64,000 bases of DNA from Octopus vulgaris (GCA_951406725.2 OX597835.1:29946001-30010000), one strand, 5' to 3'; counted from the stretch's first letter, positions 41,931 through 56,440 are shown. Translations and numbers: made by a program. The notes: generated by a model from the sequence alone, not told the origin.

Positions 41931-42614
41931 GTTTGAATATTTCTACTTTTTTTTTATTTATTTCATTATAACAAAATGGAAAACAGTCCCATTAACAAAA
42001 GAACGAAAACAACATTAAAAGTAAGACTCGAAATAAAACAAAACGAACGCTAACACCAGCAACAACAACAAGAAGAGAAAAAAAGACACCCGTAGAAGCG
42101 ACGGCAACAATAACAGCAAGAATAATATTAAGAAAAGAAGCAGGAACACAAATATATATAGGAAGGTTAGAAATTCTTTTAAACTTCAAAACTAAACGGA
42201 AGAGAAAATATACGGAAAGTGGAGGAAATAAAGAAATGAGGAGGGGGAAGGAGAAGAGAAAGAGAGAGGGAGAGAGAGAGAGAGAGATGGGGAGAAAGGG
42301 AGAGGCAGAGAGAGAGGGAGAGGGAAGAAGAGATATGAGAGAGATGAGAGAGAGAGGGTGAGAGGGAGGGAGGGAAAGAGAGAAAACATGTGTTACCAAA
42401 TGAACGTTGAGAACCGGAAGCTTGAACAGGTCAAGATTTGTATCAAAATTGTCGGTATCGGCCATTACATTGACAAAGAGAGAGAGACAGAGACAGAGAG
42501 AGTGTGTGAGAGGGAGAGAGAGAGAAAAAGGAGAGAGGAAGAAGAAGAGAAAGAGAGGAGAGAGAGAGGAAGAGAGAGAGAGAGAGAGACAGGGGTAGAT
42601 ACAGATAGACAGAC

Positions 42615-42653
<39 letters not shown>

Positions 42654-42671
42654 CAGATAGATAGATAGATA

Positions 42672-42897
42672 GATAGATTTCTTTACTACCCACAAGGGGC
42701 TAAACATAGAAGGAACAAACAAGGACAGACAAAGGGATTAAGTCGATTAAATCGACCCCAGTGCGTATTTGGTACTTTATTTATCGACCCCGAAATGATG
42801 AAAGGCAAAGTCGACCTCGGCGGAATTTGAACTCAGAACGTAACAACAGACGAAATACCGCTAAGCATTTCACCTGGCGCGCTAACGTTTCTGCCAG
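42672..42897 (-). mobile_element. SINE family A
   Basis: Reverse complement of the 3912-4148 type, inserted in (GATA)n. Confidence 0.85.
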
Positions 42898-43184
42898 GTA
42901 GGTAGGTTGGTAGGTAGATCGATAAATAGATAGATAGATAGATAGATAGATAAGGAGAGAGAGAGAGAGAGAAGGAGTGAAAGAGAGAAGTGTAGATATG
43001 GATGGATGGATGGATGGATGGACATATACATGTATGTATACGTATAACTGAAGCAGTATATCCCACCATCGATAAAACGTTAGAAATCGTGGATACATTG
43101 GTCAACCCAACCCCCCCGAACCCCCATCTCTAACGACAGCTCACATGGCTCCGAAAGCCTCGCTATAAACGTTCTAAGACTTGT

Positions 43185-43260
43185 GTGAATGCTTCATATG
43201 AGGGCGCTTGTGAATGCTTCATATGAGGGCGCTTGTGAATGCTTCATATGAGGGCGCTTG
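43185..43260. repeat. 3 x 25-bp perfect tandem repeat
   Basis: GTGAATGCTTCATATGAGGGCGCTT at 43185, 43210 and 43235. Confidence 0.95.
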
Positions 43261-43504
43261 TTGCAATCAGGCTACAAGGCAACAACAGAAGTAGGGGGGT
43301 CTATAAAGCAAGTGCCTTAACCGCGCTATTGTACGGATGCAAAACCTAGATAAACTACGGCGAGTAGACCCAGCTTTTCGAGCAATCCCATCAGCGATGT
43401 TTGTGTCATATCCGGTAACGTCAGAAACATATAAGGTAATTTTTTTCTTACTTTGCACACAAATAATTAGATTTTATTCTCGATTTAATTTCTATATTGT
43501 TATT

Positions 43505-44425
43505 CGAAGGTTTCGGGTTCAGTCCCAATGCGTGGTACCTTGAGCAAGTGTCTTCTACTACATCCTACATAGAATACTTGAAGGATCTTGGGAATAGGAA
43601 GTTCGCTAGCGGTCCCCAGCCGCAAGTATACCCCTGTTGGGAAAACGTCTTGTTTGCCGTAGATTTTCCACAGACGCAGGGACAGGACTTGTTGAAGCCG
43701 CCGGTTGCCGGATCAGACGCTTCTGGGTGTCAGAAATAATCCGCCTTGGGTGACCCTACCACAAAGCGAAGTCTCCGGTGACATAGCTCTGACACTCCCG
43801 TTTCACCCAATTACCACGATGAGGTGATATATATAATTACACATTTATTGGATGGCCGTTGACTCTCAAGAGTTCCTCCGCCCTTTGACGGGTTTTGTTT
43901 TTCATCCCGCAGGGTATCCAATAAACACCCTCCTCACCAAGCAAGCTTGGTGGAGTTGCCGGTTTAGTCGCCGACGGCCCAACCATGCAACAGGTTGTAC
44001 TGGGTTACATGTTACCAGTAGCACTCGAAGTGACCTGACACTTACTACATCCTAGGACCGAGGAACGCCTTATTAGTGGATTTGGTGGACGGAAACTGAA
44101 TGAAGCTCGTCGTAGCTACTCACACTGAACATATATAGAGATATCTATGTGTGCCTGTGTGTGAGTGTGCGTGTATGTGTGTGTGCATGTGCATGTATGT
44201 GTGTACGTGTGCGTGTGTTTGCGTCGGTGTTTGTCCTTCACCACCGCTTGACAACCGGTCTTCGTGTGTTTACGTCGCCGTAATGGTACGGTTCGGTGAA
44301 AGAGACCGATAGAAAAACGACCTGGCTTAAAATAAAAGACATACTGTGTCAATTCACTGGGACTAAAATTCCCGAAGGCGGTGCCCCAGCATGGTCACAC
44401 TCCAATGACTGAACCAAGTAAGATA
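43505..44425 (+). mobile_element. SINE family B interrupted by a 475-bp insertion (43568-44042) with a 12-bp TSD
   Basis: TACTACATCCTA occurs at 43556-43567 and 44043-44054. The SINE sequence resumes in register after the second copy. Confidence 0.8.
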
Positions 44426-44849
44426 TAAAAGGCATATATGCATATACACACGAACATATATATTGGAATAAATACATATGTATGTATATGTATATCTGTA
44501 TCTATATTTCCACTCCACACACATATATGTCTATAAAACAACAGAGGGATAATGTTTGAATTCACTACAGCTGTTTCCAACGAATTTTTAACTGATATTT
44601 AATTGATTTATGGAGACATTACATCATTTGAATAAAACGTTTTTATGAAGTAAATACATGAATCACAATTTTTTAAAATATTCAAAACTCAACGGCATAT
44701 GCATCTTCATAATTCTATGAGCCTTGCTGGTCGTATACTTAACCTGAGTATCTTTCTGCCTGTACTTCAGTATCCGTGTCTTTGTTGTGTACGCATTTCA
44801 ATTTTGACCCAACCCTTACCATTTAAGTGTCTTGTTCACTTGAATCCTG

Positions 44850-44923
<74 letters not shown>

Positions 44924-45053
44924 TCATCTATCAGTCTGTCAATCTATCTATTTATCTATTTATTCATCTATGTATCTATGTATATAGACACGTATGTATA
45001 AGTATATATATTTGTGTGAGATATATACATACATATACACATACATATATATA

Positions 45054-45108
<55 letters not shown>

Positions 45109-45166
45109 TATATATGTGTGTATGATTACATTTACAACTCAATACACCGTTTATAGAAGAGCTACA

Positions 45167-45203
<37 letters not shown>

Positions 45204-46251
45204 CTCAACACCACACACACACACCTATTTATATATACATATGTGTATAAGTGTGTTTGAATATGTTTCTCTGAGATGGCGTACACTCACACACACACAC
45301 ATGCACACACATGCACCCAAACATACACAAGCACACACACACACACACACTCGTATATATGAAAATGTAGGTGAACAGAGCTGTAGAAAGACAGAAACAA
45401 ATTGAGTGTTAAAAATACTTTTGTTACAATAAAATGCTTTTTATAATTTATTCCTTCGTATGTTTTGCCGTTCGTCTTTGCTCGTATATATTTTGTTGTA
45501 GATATTGTTGTTATTGTTCTTGTATTCTCTCTTACTCTTGTTCCCTAAAGAAATCACAACCACCTGTAGAAATAATAGAAATACTTGGTCCAAGGGGTTT
45601 AGGGGTGAGGTTCGAGGTTTGGCTTAGAGGATTTTTATGTGTTTGAGAAGGACCATATAAAGGTCTGGGTGAGGTGGTGGAAAAGTTTTGAGCATTTGGC
45701 GGTTGTGTTGGATTAATGGCGATGGTGGTGGTGGTGATGGGTAGCATAAATGGGGTGTAGGTGTCGGTGAGGGTTGGGCGAGATATGAAGAGTGTTTGGG
45801 GGCGTAGGATGAGGTTGAAATGTAGGGAACAAAAGAATTGATATATTGTTAGTTAAAGCTGGCAGTGAAGTAAGGGCTGGATATTCTTTGAGGGATATTT
45901 AAGCTGTTATTATTGTTATTTAAAGAAGAAACTGTTATTTAACCCTAGGTCAGCCATGGTGGAGTAGAACTATGATCAAAGATTTTTCAGCTGTGATCGT
46001 TCAAACATGTTTTGTAAGGGGTGTTTAAGAAAGAGGGAGGACGAATGTGTGAGAGAATGTCTGTTGTTTGTTTGCGTGTGTTTTCTTTATTGTGTGTGTG
46101 AATGCGTGCATGTGTATGTGCTTATGTTAGTGTGTGTGAATGAATGAGTGTATGTGTGTATTTATGTGGATGTGTGAATGTATGTGTGTGAGTGTGTATG
46201 TGTGAGAGAGAAAGTGGAAAAGAAAGGGGTTCTCCTTAGGAATATTTTATA

Positions 46252-46670
46252 CATGGTGTTCGGATTAAATTTGACAGTTTTCACGAACGGTAAGGCAAAC
46301 AATATCCCATCCAAAAATATAAAAAAATGTATTTTAAAAGATCATAACGTATCAACTAGATTATGGCTGGGAGATAACAATTTACGTAAAGAAGCCACCC
46401 TCAGATCCTGTCAAGGCCTCAAAATGGTTCCGGACCCTGGCGCATGCATCCCTCAGAAGACCTTCAAACACCTCCTTGACCTTAGCCACCAGCTCAGCCT
46501 CGGTTTTGTAGGTAGATAAGTTGATGTCTTTCTCAACCGTACCCCACGCATAGTAATCTATAGGATTACAATCTGGGAGGGTCAGGGGACAAGGAATCGG
46601 GTGAAGTCGTAGAAATTCTCCGACAACCACTTTTGATTGTTTCCGGAGGAGTGGCTACGAGCCGAATCCC
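46252..46670 (-). mobile_element. Degenerate Tc1/mariner-superfamily (maT-like) transposase 3' end
   Basis: PDCNPIDYYAWG...AC.....EA....EGGFF C-terminal motif; TA-CATGGTG TIR-like end at 46250. Confidence 0.7.
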
Positions 46671-46856
46671 TCTTGGATCTTCCATATGTATAACACTACA
46701 TATCTTTCCTGTCTGTAAGTTTATTTGTAAAAGTACATATAAGTTTATCTGAACGTATCTATAATTGTTTACCCAGACATCTTAAAGACAAATAGACGCC
46801 ATCATGTTTGAAAGATTTATCTCTAGAAACAAAACAATACTGTTTGATGCATTTAA

Positions 46857-47077
46857 CCCTTTTGATACCAACCTGCCTGAGACCGCTCCAGCTTCTAGGG
46901 CTTAAACTTACTGTTTTAAAGTCATCTAAATTATAATCTTCGATCAAAATTTTATACTAATTTGTTCCAAACCCCAGCTTAAAACTGAGCAAGTTATTTT
47001 ACTAATTTCCTCATTATCTTAAAAATCAATTGAAACTAAGCCAGCATATTTTAGTAAGAAATATAGCAACAAAAGAG
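46857..47077. mobile_element. piggyBac-like MITE
   Basis: TTAA|CCCTTTTGATACC ... AGCAACAAAAGAG|TTAC: imperfect TIRs with a TTAA-like TSD. Confidence 0.5.
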
Positions 47078-48422
47078 TTACGTATTAATTTGATATTTTG
47101 TAGACATCCTTTGCCCAGTTTTTTTATGATAAACTTGTTTGGGCATCGTTACAAGGAATAGTTTCCGCACAAATAAAACGGTATAACACAGTATAACATG
47201 ATTTTTGTCCTTGAATAGCAACTATTATTTTCTATTTACTTACCCGTATAGTATTAAAAATAGCTAATAATTCCTTCAAATTTTGCTTTTGCTAGGTTAT
47301 TTATTCAAACCCCAAAGAATCCTTCTCAGCACATGGCTATAATGCTCCCCGACTTTCCCTGACCATTGTGTAACACGATTTTTGTCCTCGGTTAGCAAAT
47401 GTTATTGCTTATTTGCTTAACTTTAGGAGGTATGAAAAAATGGCTAATATTTCATTCAAGCTTTGCTTTTGTTACAATATTTCTTTGAGCCCCAAAGAAT
47501 CCTTTTCAACACATGGCTATGATGCTCCCCCACCACTCCTGCTCATGATCAGAGAGGCACATATTGTCAGCCACTAAGGGATATGGTCAAGCAACTGACA
47601 AGCAAATCTGTGGTATTGAGCATAATATTTCCTATAACAATATTTCCTCTTCAGCAACTTAGCGCTGAATCTGTGAAATGTAATGGAAAATAGCTCAGTT
47701 TCAAAACAGTTATGACCAAGTCACAAAGGCAAAGTGTGAAGGGAATAGTAGTCATTTCATTTGATTTCCAGACAGAAGCAAATAGGATATAACACTTACT
47801 GACCAAAATAACAAATAAATAAATAAATAAATAAATAAATAAAAATAAAAGTCTTGTCACAGTGTAATGTAGGGCGTCTATTTACTTTTGATATGCCTGT
47901 ATATAAACATGGTCGTGTGTGAGTGTGTGCGTGCGTGCGGGTGAATGCGCCGTGCGTTTGCGCTTCGGTGTTCCGTTTTGTAGATTTCTGCAAGCGAGTA
48001 TATTAAACTCTGTATTCCTGTGCTGACGTGTTTATGCATGCGCGTTCAGCAAGTGTAAGAGTCTACAGCACAAGTGTGCATGTGTGTGTGTGTGTGCGTG
48101 GCATGCGTGTCTCTTTCTGTGCCTGTACGTATGTGCGCCATCATGGTGCTGTTTCGTTTTTACTCAAATATGTAATTATATGTATATATTTTACGTTTAT
48201 ATATCTTTTGTGCCTGTATCTCCCGTGTAGTGTTTATGTACGGGGTGTATATGAACGTACGTATTTCACACTATTTTGATACATAACAAATGAAACAGGT
48301 CTACACACGTTCAAATCAGCATTTTACTAAGATTTACTCATATATATATTCATATTTTATATATATGTGTCAGCATGGCCGCAACCCTGAGCTGAAACTA
48401 GAAAAAAGTATGTTTGTGTGTT

Positions 48423-48510
<88 letters not shown>

Positions 48511-49755
48511 AACAAACCCGAGCACCACCCACACATATATACATATATACACACGCATACATTTGTATGTGTGGGTGGGTGTGCTTTTGTGTGTATGTAA
48601 ATATATATATATATATATGTACATAGACAAATATACATACATAAATTCGCGTGTGTGTGTGTCTGTGTGTGTATGCGTGCGTGTGTGCGTAATCAGAGAT
48701 GGAACAAGGCGTTGGTTGAAATAGTCATAAAGATAACGTAGATTTGTCCCCAGATACGATATATTGTGACGACGACGACGACTACCGCTGTCACTACTGC
48801 CGCCACTATCATCATCATCATCATCATTATAATCACCACTAGGAAAACGACGACAAACACCAACTCCGTCATCATCACAAACACCATCACGACAACCACC
48901 GCTAACATCACCGCCGCCACCATCACCACCACCACCACCACAAGCACCATCATAACAACCACCGCCAAAACTAGCATCACCACCACTATCATCAATGTTG
49001 TCGTCGTCGTTGCCATCACCATCATCATCATCATCATCATCACCAAAAATTTATTAACGAGATACCAGCAAATAGAAAAGAGCGAGTAAGCAAGAGAGAG
49101 AGAGAGAGAGAATGTGTGAGAAAGAGAGAGAGAAAGAAAAAAGAATGAATGAAAAAATAAGAATGAAAGAAGGAAAGAAAAGAAAAGATGAGGAAAAGAA
49201 AGGAAAATGAGAAAGAGAGAAAATGGGTTTGTCCAGGAAACTAGATACTCAGTCATGGTTCATGAAGGGTAGACCATATTTAAAAAATAATAATAATAAA
49301 GGTAGTCATAATATCAATAGAAAAAACAAAAACAAAAGCAAGAACAACGACAACAACAATACTAGTAATAGTAATAATGATAATAATAATTGTTGCTTTA
49401 TTGCTCACAAGGGCCCACCGCATAAAATACAAATTATACGTAAAAAGATTAAATCATGTTACCGGTAGAGATTAGAAGACTTTCAAATAAGAACTATATG
49501 TATATATATATATATATATGTGTGTGTGTGCCCATGTGTATGTGTATACACTCACATACTCACATACACACACACACATATATACGAGTATAAATTGACA
49601 GATAAGAGAAATGAAATGAGCGAATAGATGTATATTCCATTAGTTCACAGCTGTTTCGTAATCTTTGTCAGTTACATAAGTGATACGTGATCTGTTATAG
49701 CGATATAAATGGATATACGAATGAATAAACATATATATGTAAGTATGTATATCTT

Positions 49756-49788
<33 letters not shown>

Positions 49789-50017
49789 ACATATGTATAT
49801 TATATGTGTGTGTGGACTCCGTTAGGTGCCTGCGGAACTTGAAGTAGCAAGGAAACCGACTCAAACTGTTTTAAATAATATATATATATATATATATATG
49901 TAAAAAATTATAAATTAGGGTATCTAAGAGATACCACCACGCTGGAAATAGCAGTCAAAACTTGACTTTAAAGCCACATTGAATGTTCATACAGCACCAG
50001 GTGCTTCCTGAGTATAT

Positions 50018-50072
50018 TCCACTGATGAAGGCAGAGAATTTCTTATGCAGACCCAGAAATCCGGGATCTGGA
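50018..50072 (+). ncRNA. Hammerhead-like motif inside fold-back element 49905-50218
   Basis: TCCA-CTGATGA-...-GAAA-TCCGGGA-TC-TGGA; stem II is poorly paired in this copy. Confidence 0.55.
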
Positions 50073-50445
50073 TTTATCCAGTAATCTTTTTGCTAGTTTA
50101 TTTTGTCTCTCTGTCTTCTCTCCTGGTGCTGTATGAACATTTAATGTGGTTTTAGAGTCAAGATTTGACTGCTATTTCCATCGTGGTGGTATCTCTTAGA
50201 TACCCTAAATTATAATTTTAAATAATTATTATTTTTGAAGGTTTTTATTCCCATACTGGCCACCTGATAAGATCGGTATTTAAATATCGATCTTATCCTT
50301 ATTTATATAAATTTATATGAATGTATATATATATATGTATATATATGTGTGTGTATGTATGTATATATGTATATATATATATGCATACATATATGTAAAT
50401 GTATATATATAAACATATATTTATATAAACATATATATATATATA

Positions 50446-51776
50446 CTAGCATTAAAGACCCGTCGTTGCCGGGTCATAGTGCTAGTGCATGTATATATGC
50501 GTATATATATGTGTACATATTACATGTATTTCTATATATATACATCTACACAGAAAATACCAAATACAAAGTTATATCTTGATATCGCTAGTGATAACAA
50601 TACTCAAAATATATAACAGACTGGAATTGTTAGTCCGTCTCTTGTTATTTCGATCAATTGTATCTTGTCCTCCCTCTTGTATAGAAGTGTGGCTACAATC
50701 CAGCCTACCTCTACTTCTGGACGGGGGATTTTTAATTTTTTTTCGGGACGTCCTACGTCCCAGATATAAAGGTAAAAATAAAATATTTCCACTTTGCAAG
50801 TTCGAGTCGAGTACTCCCTTGCACGCTCCGTTGACTCGAACCTTGCTTCTATTGTGGCGAATCTACCGCCTCTGATTAGATATCTTTCATAGTCGCACCA
50901 AGACACTTTTCGAAGGTGCTTTTCTCCATGTGTTCAAATCTTTTTTCTCTACATTGTATACTTTATAGACAATTGTCTATTCTTTAATTTAATATTTTAT
51001 TATCCATCTGGACTATTCCATTTCTGCACGCTAATTTTATTTTTAATTTATTACCATTCATGTGAAACCACTTATTCAAGTTCAAGTCATTGATGCAATT
51101 TTATACCAATTGCTATTTTTACTTTTGTTATGTTACGATTATATTATACTTTAGTTTGATTTTAATTATTACTTACTACTTATAATTCAATTGCTATTAT
51201 TATTTTTATTGTTAAAGTGAAAGTATCTGACATAAAATAGAGAAATAGTTTTGTTTCACTTTTAACACGTAATACTGAAATAGTGGAGAAGATATGATAT
51301 TGCTATGGGCTCGCTCTAGACAAGAAGTTGAACATTTTTTACCCATGAAACTACATGGACCTAAGTAAGGTATGTGTAAAATTTGAATTAAATTGGTTAT
51401 GTCGCTCTCAAGTTTTAGGGAATCGTAGTGGAGAAGATATGATATTGCCGTGGGCTCGCCCTAGTCAAGAAGTTGAACATTTGTTTTGCACATGAAACTA
51501 CATGGACCCTAAGTAAGGCATGTGTAAAATTTGAATGAAATTGGTTGTGTAGTTCTCAAGTTTTAGGGAATCGTAGTGGAGAAGATATGATATTGCTGTG
51601 GGCTCGCCCTAGGCAAAAAGTTAAAAAATCTTTTGCCGATGACACTCCCCGGACCCTAAGTAACGCATGTGTAAAATCTGAATGAAATTGGTTGCGTAGT
51701 TCTCAAGTTTTAGGGAAACACACAGACAGACAGACAGACAGATAGACACACATTCTCAGTTTTATATATATAAAGA
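50446..51776 (-). mobile_element. Non-autonomous Helitron with internal tandem repeats and a captured segment
   Basis: Minus strand: 5' A|TCTTTATATATATAAAA, 3' hairpin GACCCGGCAACGACGGGTC then CTAG|T. Confidence 0.82.
51281..51717. repeat. 3 x ~146-bp tandem repeat inside the Helitron
   Basis: Units begin TAGTGGAGAAGATATGATATTGC at 51281, 51426 and 51574. Confidence 0.9.
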
Positions 51777-51779
51777 TAG

Positions 51780-51810
<31 letters not shown>

Positions 51811-53214
51811 CGTATATATGCCTAATTAGTATTTGATGCCGGAGAATCATGCCTTGTAGTGATCAATAATATAGTACTTCGGTCGATTTCTTGTTGCTAT
51901 GAGTTTCACCAATAGTTGCAGCAAGGTCTTCAGGCAAGTTCCAGCTCCTCATCTGATAAAAATATCGATTTCAAACCTTGGGACGGGATCAGCAACTTCG
52001 AGGAAAGTGCTGAGTCGATTACATCGACCGCTGTGCACGACTGCTACTTAAATATGAGCTATTTTGTATTCTTAATTGGATGTATTAGACAGAAACCAAA
52101 CAAAATAATAGCTGTTTCGAGAATTATATAATAAAATATCCAATGCAGACCAATAAGGAATCAAGCAATCAATTATTTAATAGGTGAAATAGTTAATGAG
52201 CTAGCGAAAAATAATGAAGTGAAATTGAACCAATGCATGTATTTGGTATTGGCCTAATGACCCTACTGAAATACAAGAAAAATGAAAACAAATAACTATA
52301 AAGCAGAAAGTAAACAAAAACCTGTTCTCAGTCTTCTAGGAAACCAACAAACAGAAAAACGTGAGACAACTGTGTGCCTAAACAACAGGAATTGTGAAAA
52401 ACATAAAGAAATTATGATAAAAATCTATGATAAGGATAGGTTTACAGAACACAGTGTTAAAACAAGGGCAAGTAATGTTCCTACATGACGAAGCCATGAT
52501 AAAGAGAAGAGAGAAGGAATGAAGAAAAACAAACGGTGGCTGATGATGAGATGTGCAGGGCATGGAGCAGAAACCGAAGGACTTTTGATAGTCGATAAGA
52601 ATCAGTACCGTCCTATCAGAAACCACGAAACGTATTCAACAGAGGAGGAGCTTTCATACATTGAAGATCATGGTAGACTTTTGAGATACCAGTAGAAAAG
52701 AGATGGTTTGTATCGGAAAGAGACGAGATGGCACAGCTGATTTGGCGCTGATTATTTGTCATGGCTGTTTTAGTATTGCAAGCAAACACGCGCATCTAAA
52801 CACACACACATATAGACACAAGTACATGCACATATACACTCGCATGCATACACATATACACACACACACACACACACATGCAGGCACATACACACATACA
52901 CACACGAACACGCACATTCACACACATACACACGCAAAGGCACATGCAAACACACACACACGCGCGCACTGACACACGCACATACACCCATGCATACACA
53001 CACGCACATGCACATACACGCGCACATGCGCACACACGCTCACACACATACGCACACACACATACATGTCTTGCATTGAGTACTGTCAGTGAAAGACACT
53101 TGATATGTACCCAAGGTGTACAGAGGTACGCCTTGTAGTGCAATGAAAGAATGTAAAAAGTAAAGCGTAAAAACGCCCTTCCATCATGAATGACCATGGG
53201 ATTGAACCTAGAAT

Positions 53215-53510
53215 GTTCCCCTCCGAGGCTCAAGTCCGGGTAAGTTTGTTTATGGAAGACCAGCAGTCACCCATGCATACCGGCCTTCCCTCTCCACACC
53301 ACTGATGTTATCCAAGGGAAAGGCAAAGGCCGATAGGGCTTGGCACCAGTGACGTCGCAACTCATTTCTGCAGCTGAGTGAACTGGAGCAACGTGAAATA
53401 AACTGTCTTGCTCAAGAACACAGCACGCGGGCACGACCTGATCCGGGAATCGAACAAACTGCCTCATAATTGTGAGTCCAACTCTCTAACCACTGAGCCC
53501 TGCGCCTTCA
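53215..53510 (-). mobile_element. tRNA-derived SINE family D
   Basis: GGCGCAGGGCTCAGTGGTTAGAG (A box), GTTCGATTCCC (B box), CORE-like GTGTTCTTGAGCAAGAC. Confidence 0.75.
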
Positions 53511-53940
53511 CTAAAAGAATGTAATAAAATTATAATTACCAAAAAGTATTGGAATAAATAATAGGAGGAGGAGGAGAAGAAGAAGAAGAAGGAGCAGGAT
53601 GAGGTGGAGGATGGGGGAAGAGGAAGAAGACGAGAAGAAGAACAAGGATGAGGAGGAAGAAGTAGAAGAAGAAGAAGAAGAAGAAGAAGAAGAAGAAGAA
53701 GAAGAAGAAGAAGAAGAAGAAGAAGAAGAAGAGGAAGAGAATGAAGACAATAAATAGCAGAGAAAGACAGTAGAAAAATGTACACGATAATTAGCGTTGA
53801 TGAGCATGATAATGACGGCGATTATGATGATAATGGCGGCGACGATGACAGCCATGATAACAGAGATACTTATGAAGGTGATGATGATGATAAGAAAGAT
53901 CTGAATAAAGGGAGTTGCTATACCTTTCTGTCTATCTATA

Positions 53941-53984
<44 letters not shown>

Positions 53985-54372
53985 GATCGATCTGTCAATG
54001 TGTCTGATTCCTTGTCAGTCGTTTTGTCTATGTCGTTATCTGTCTGTCGAACTTTATCTCTTTATGTATTTATATACGTATGTATGTATGTATGTATGTA
54101 TGTATGTATGTATGTATGTATGTATGTATGTATGTATGTATGCATGTATGTATTATGTATGTACGTATGTATGTATCTATCAAGTTATCTGTCTGTCTGC
54201 CTGTCTCTCAGTCTGCCTCTCAGCCTGTCTGACTGCATGTCCCTTAGTCTGCCTCATTATGTGTCTGTCGGACCGTCTCTCTCTTCTCTCTCTCTCTCTC
54301 TATCTATCAATCTATTTATCTATCTATCAGTGTCTATATGCCTATCTGGCTGGCTGCTTGTTTCTCTGTCGG

Positions 54373-54407
<35 letters not shown>

Positions 54408-54468
54408 AGTATGTAAATATAATGTATGCATATATGCATGTATGTATGTATCTATCTATCTATCTACG

Positions 54469-54544
<76 letters not shown>

Positions 54545-55377
54545 ATCTATCTATCTATCCATATTTATACATGTACAAATAAACATATATCTTCCTGTCT
54601 CATCGTTATCAAGTGTGACATCAGAGCTCTATCTAATCGCCTGTCTGCCATAGCACATTTCATTCGTGTTGATGGTACTGTTAGAAGTAAAGTTAGGGGT
54701 GTTAGTAACTATAGTAGTGGCGATAGTGGAGAATAATGGTAACGGTGGAATTGGAAATAGTGACTGCAGTGATGTTGATGATGGTAGTATACTAGCAATG
54801 GTGACGGTGGCGGTGGCGCTGACTAGCGGTGGTGGCGGTAACTAATCTTAATCCAGACGATAAGAGTTGATGGCTACGAAGTTAACAACAAGCCAAAACG
54901 TGAAAAAAGAAAAAAGAAACACTCCTTCGTTTTGATACGGTTAGATGGAGGCAATATGAGGTGAAGGTGGGGGAAAGAATAAAGAGAAATGAGTAGGGCG
55001 AATGGGGTGAAGGGGTAGAATAGGATGGGGGGGGGAATAAAGTGGGGGGTAAGTGACGAAATGTCATCTGTTCTGACAACGTCATTATTATTACTTATCT
55101 GTTAAAGATGTTATGTAGAACAAGGAGTAAAAAAAATGAAGGGGGTTAAATGAAGGAAAGGAGCAGGTGGAGGAAGGTTAGGAATGGATGAGGAGGAGGG
55201 GGAGGAAGAGAAGACGATAAGTGATTAAATGATGATATACTTACACCTATATCCTATATATATGTTTGTGTGTATACATAGCTATACATACATATATGCA
55301 TATATTTACATACATACACATATATATATATATATGAATGTAAGTACATCTACACCTATCTACTTATCTATGTATAA

Positions 55378-55465
<88 letters not shown>

Positions 55466-55539
55466 TATGCATGTGTATGTATTTATCTGTGTGTGTGTAT
55501 GAATGTGTGTACGCGCGTATGTGTGTGTGTGCGTGTATG

Positions 55540-55580
<41 letters not shown>

Positions 55581-55675
55581 GTAAATACCTGTCTATCTGT
55601 CTGTCTGTCTATCTGCATGTGTGTATCTATGTATGTATTTATCTACTACTCTTTCTCTCTCTCCCTTTATCTCAG

Positions 55676-55724
<49 letters not shown>

Positions 55725-55895
55725 CTATACATATGTACGTATTAATGTATATCTATTGGTACGTACATATGTGTACACACACATACTTATTATCTAAAGT
55801 AAAGCGAAAGAAAACGGCGGGAAGAATGAAGAAGTCAAAGAGGAATCAATAATCGTTGAATCTGGAAAGAATATTGTAGAAAGGCACTATATTGA

Positions 55896-55936
55896 TGACG
55901 TCAGTTTAGTGATTCTGTCACATGGTACTGACGTCA
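55896..55936. promoter_or_regulatory. Paired perfect CRE palindromes (TGACGTCA x2), candidate enhancer
   Basis: TGACGTCA at 55896-55903 and 55929-55936 in non-repetitive sequence. Confidence 0.35.
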
Positions 55937-56440
55937 TATAATGATGAGAGCCACGACAAATTGCGAAGTTATAAAACTTAGTAAACAAATAAACAATTTA
56001 CATTGCGTGATTGAGGTAAAAATTAAACGTTTCATACAGTTTAACTTCAGCTGCGGCAGAAAGCACGTTTCTCACCCACCTGTCTGCTAAGGTGAAAGAT
56101 GAAATATATATATGTGTGTAATGGCAGGTTTGCAGATAGAGGGAATGAGGGAAAGAACATTGTGAGTAGGTTAGAAGACTCAGGGAGTAGTATGAGGATT
56201 GAACGATGAAGGAAGGAGTAGAGTAAGGGATGATAAAAATTTGTATCGAAAACTAGGTTATCCATCCATCCATCGATCTCTCCATCCATCCATCCATACA
56301 TACATACATGCATACATGCATACATACATACATACATACATACATACATACATACATACATACATGCATGCATTCATACATACATACATACATACATACA
56401 TACATACATACATACATACATACATACATACATACATACA

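Noticed and set aside
41063-41971. 302-aa His/Arg-rich ORF
   Set aside because: It is a translation of (CAT)/(CGT) trinucleotide arrays that are open in several frames, with no splice or homology support.
43185-43260. CRISPR-like short repeats
   Set aside because: Contiguous tandem units with no spacers, eukaryotic context and no cas genes; the same applies to 51281-51717.
51894-51937. Minus-strand CTGAAGA...GAAA..TA motif with a 4-bp stem I (similar weak hits near 34212 and 52540)
   Set aside because: Stems II/III do not pair properly and there is no palindrome; compatible with chance.
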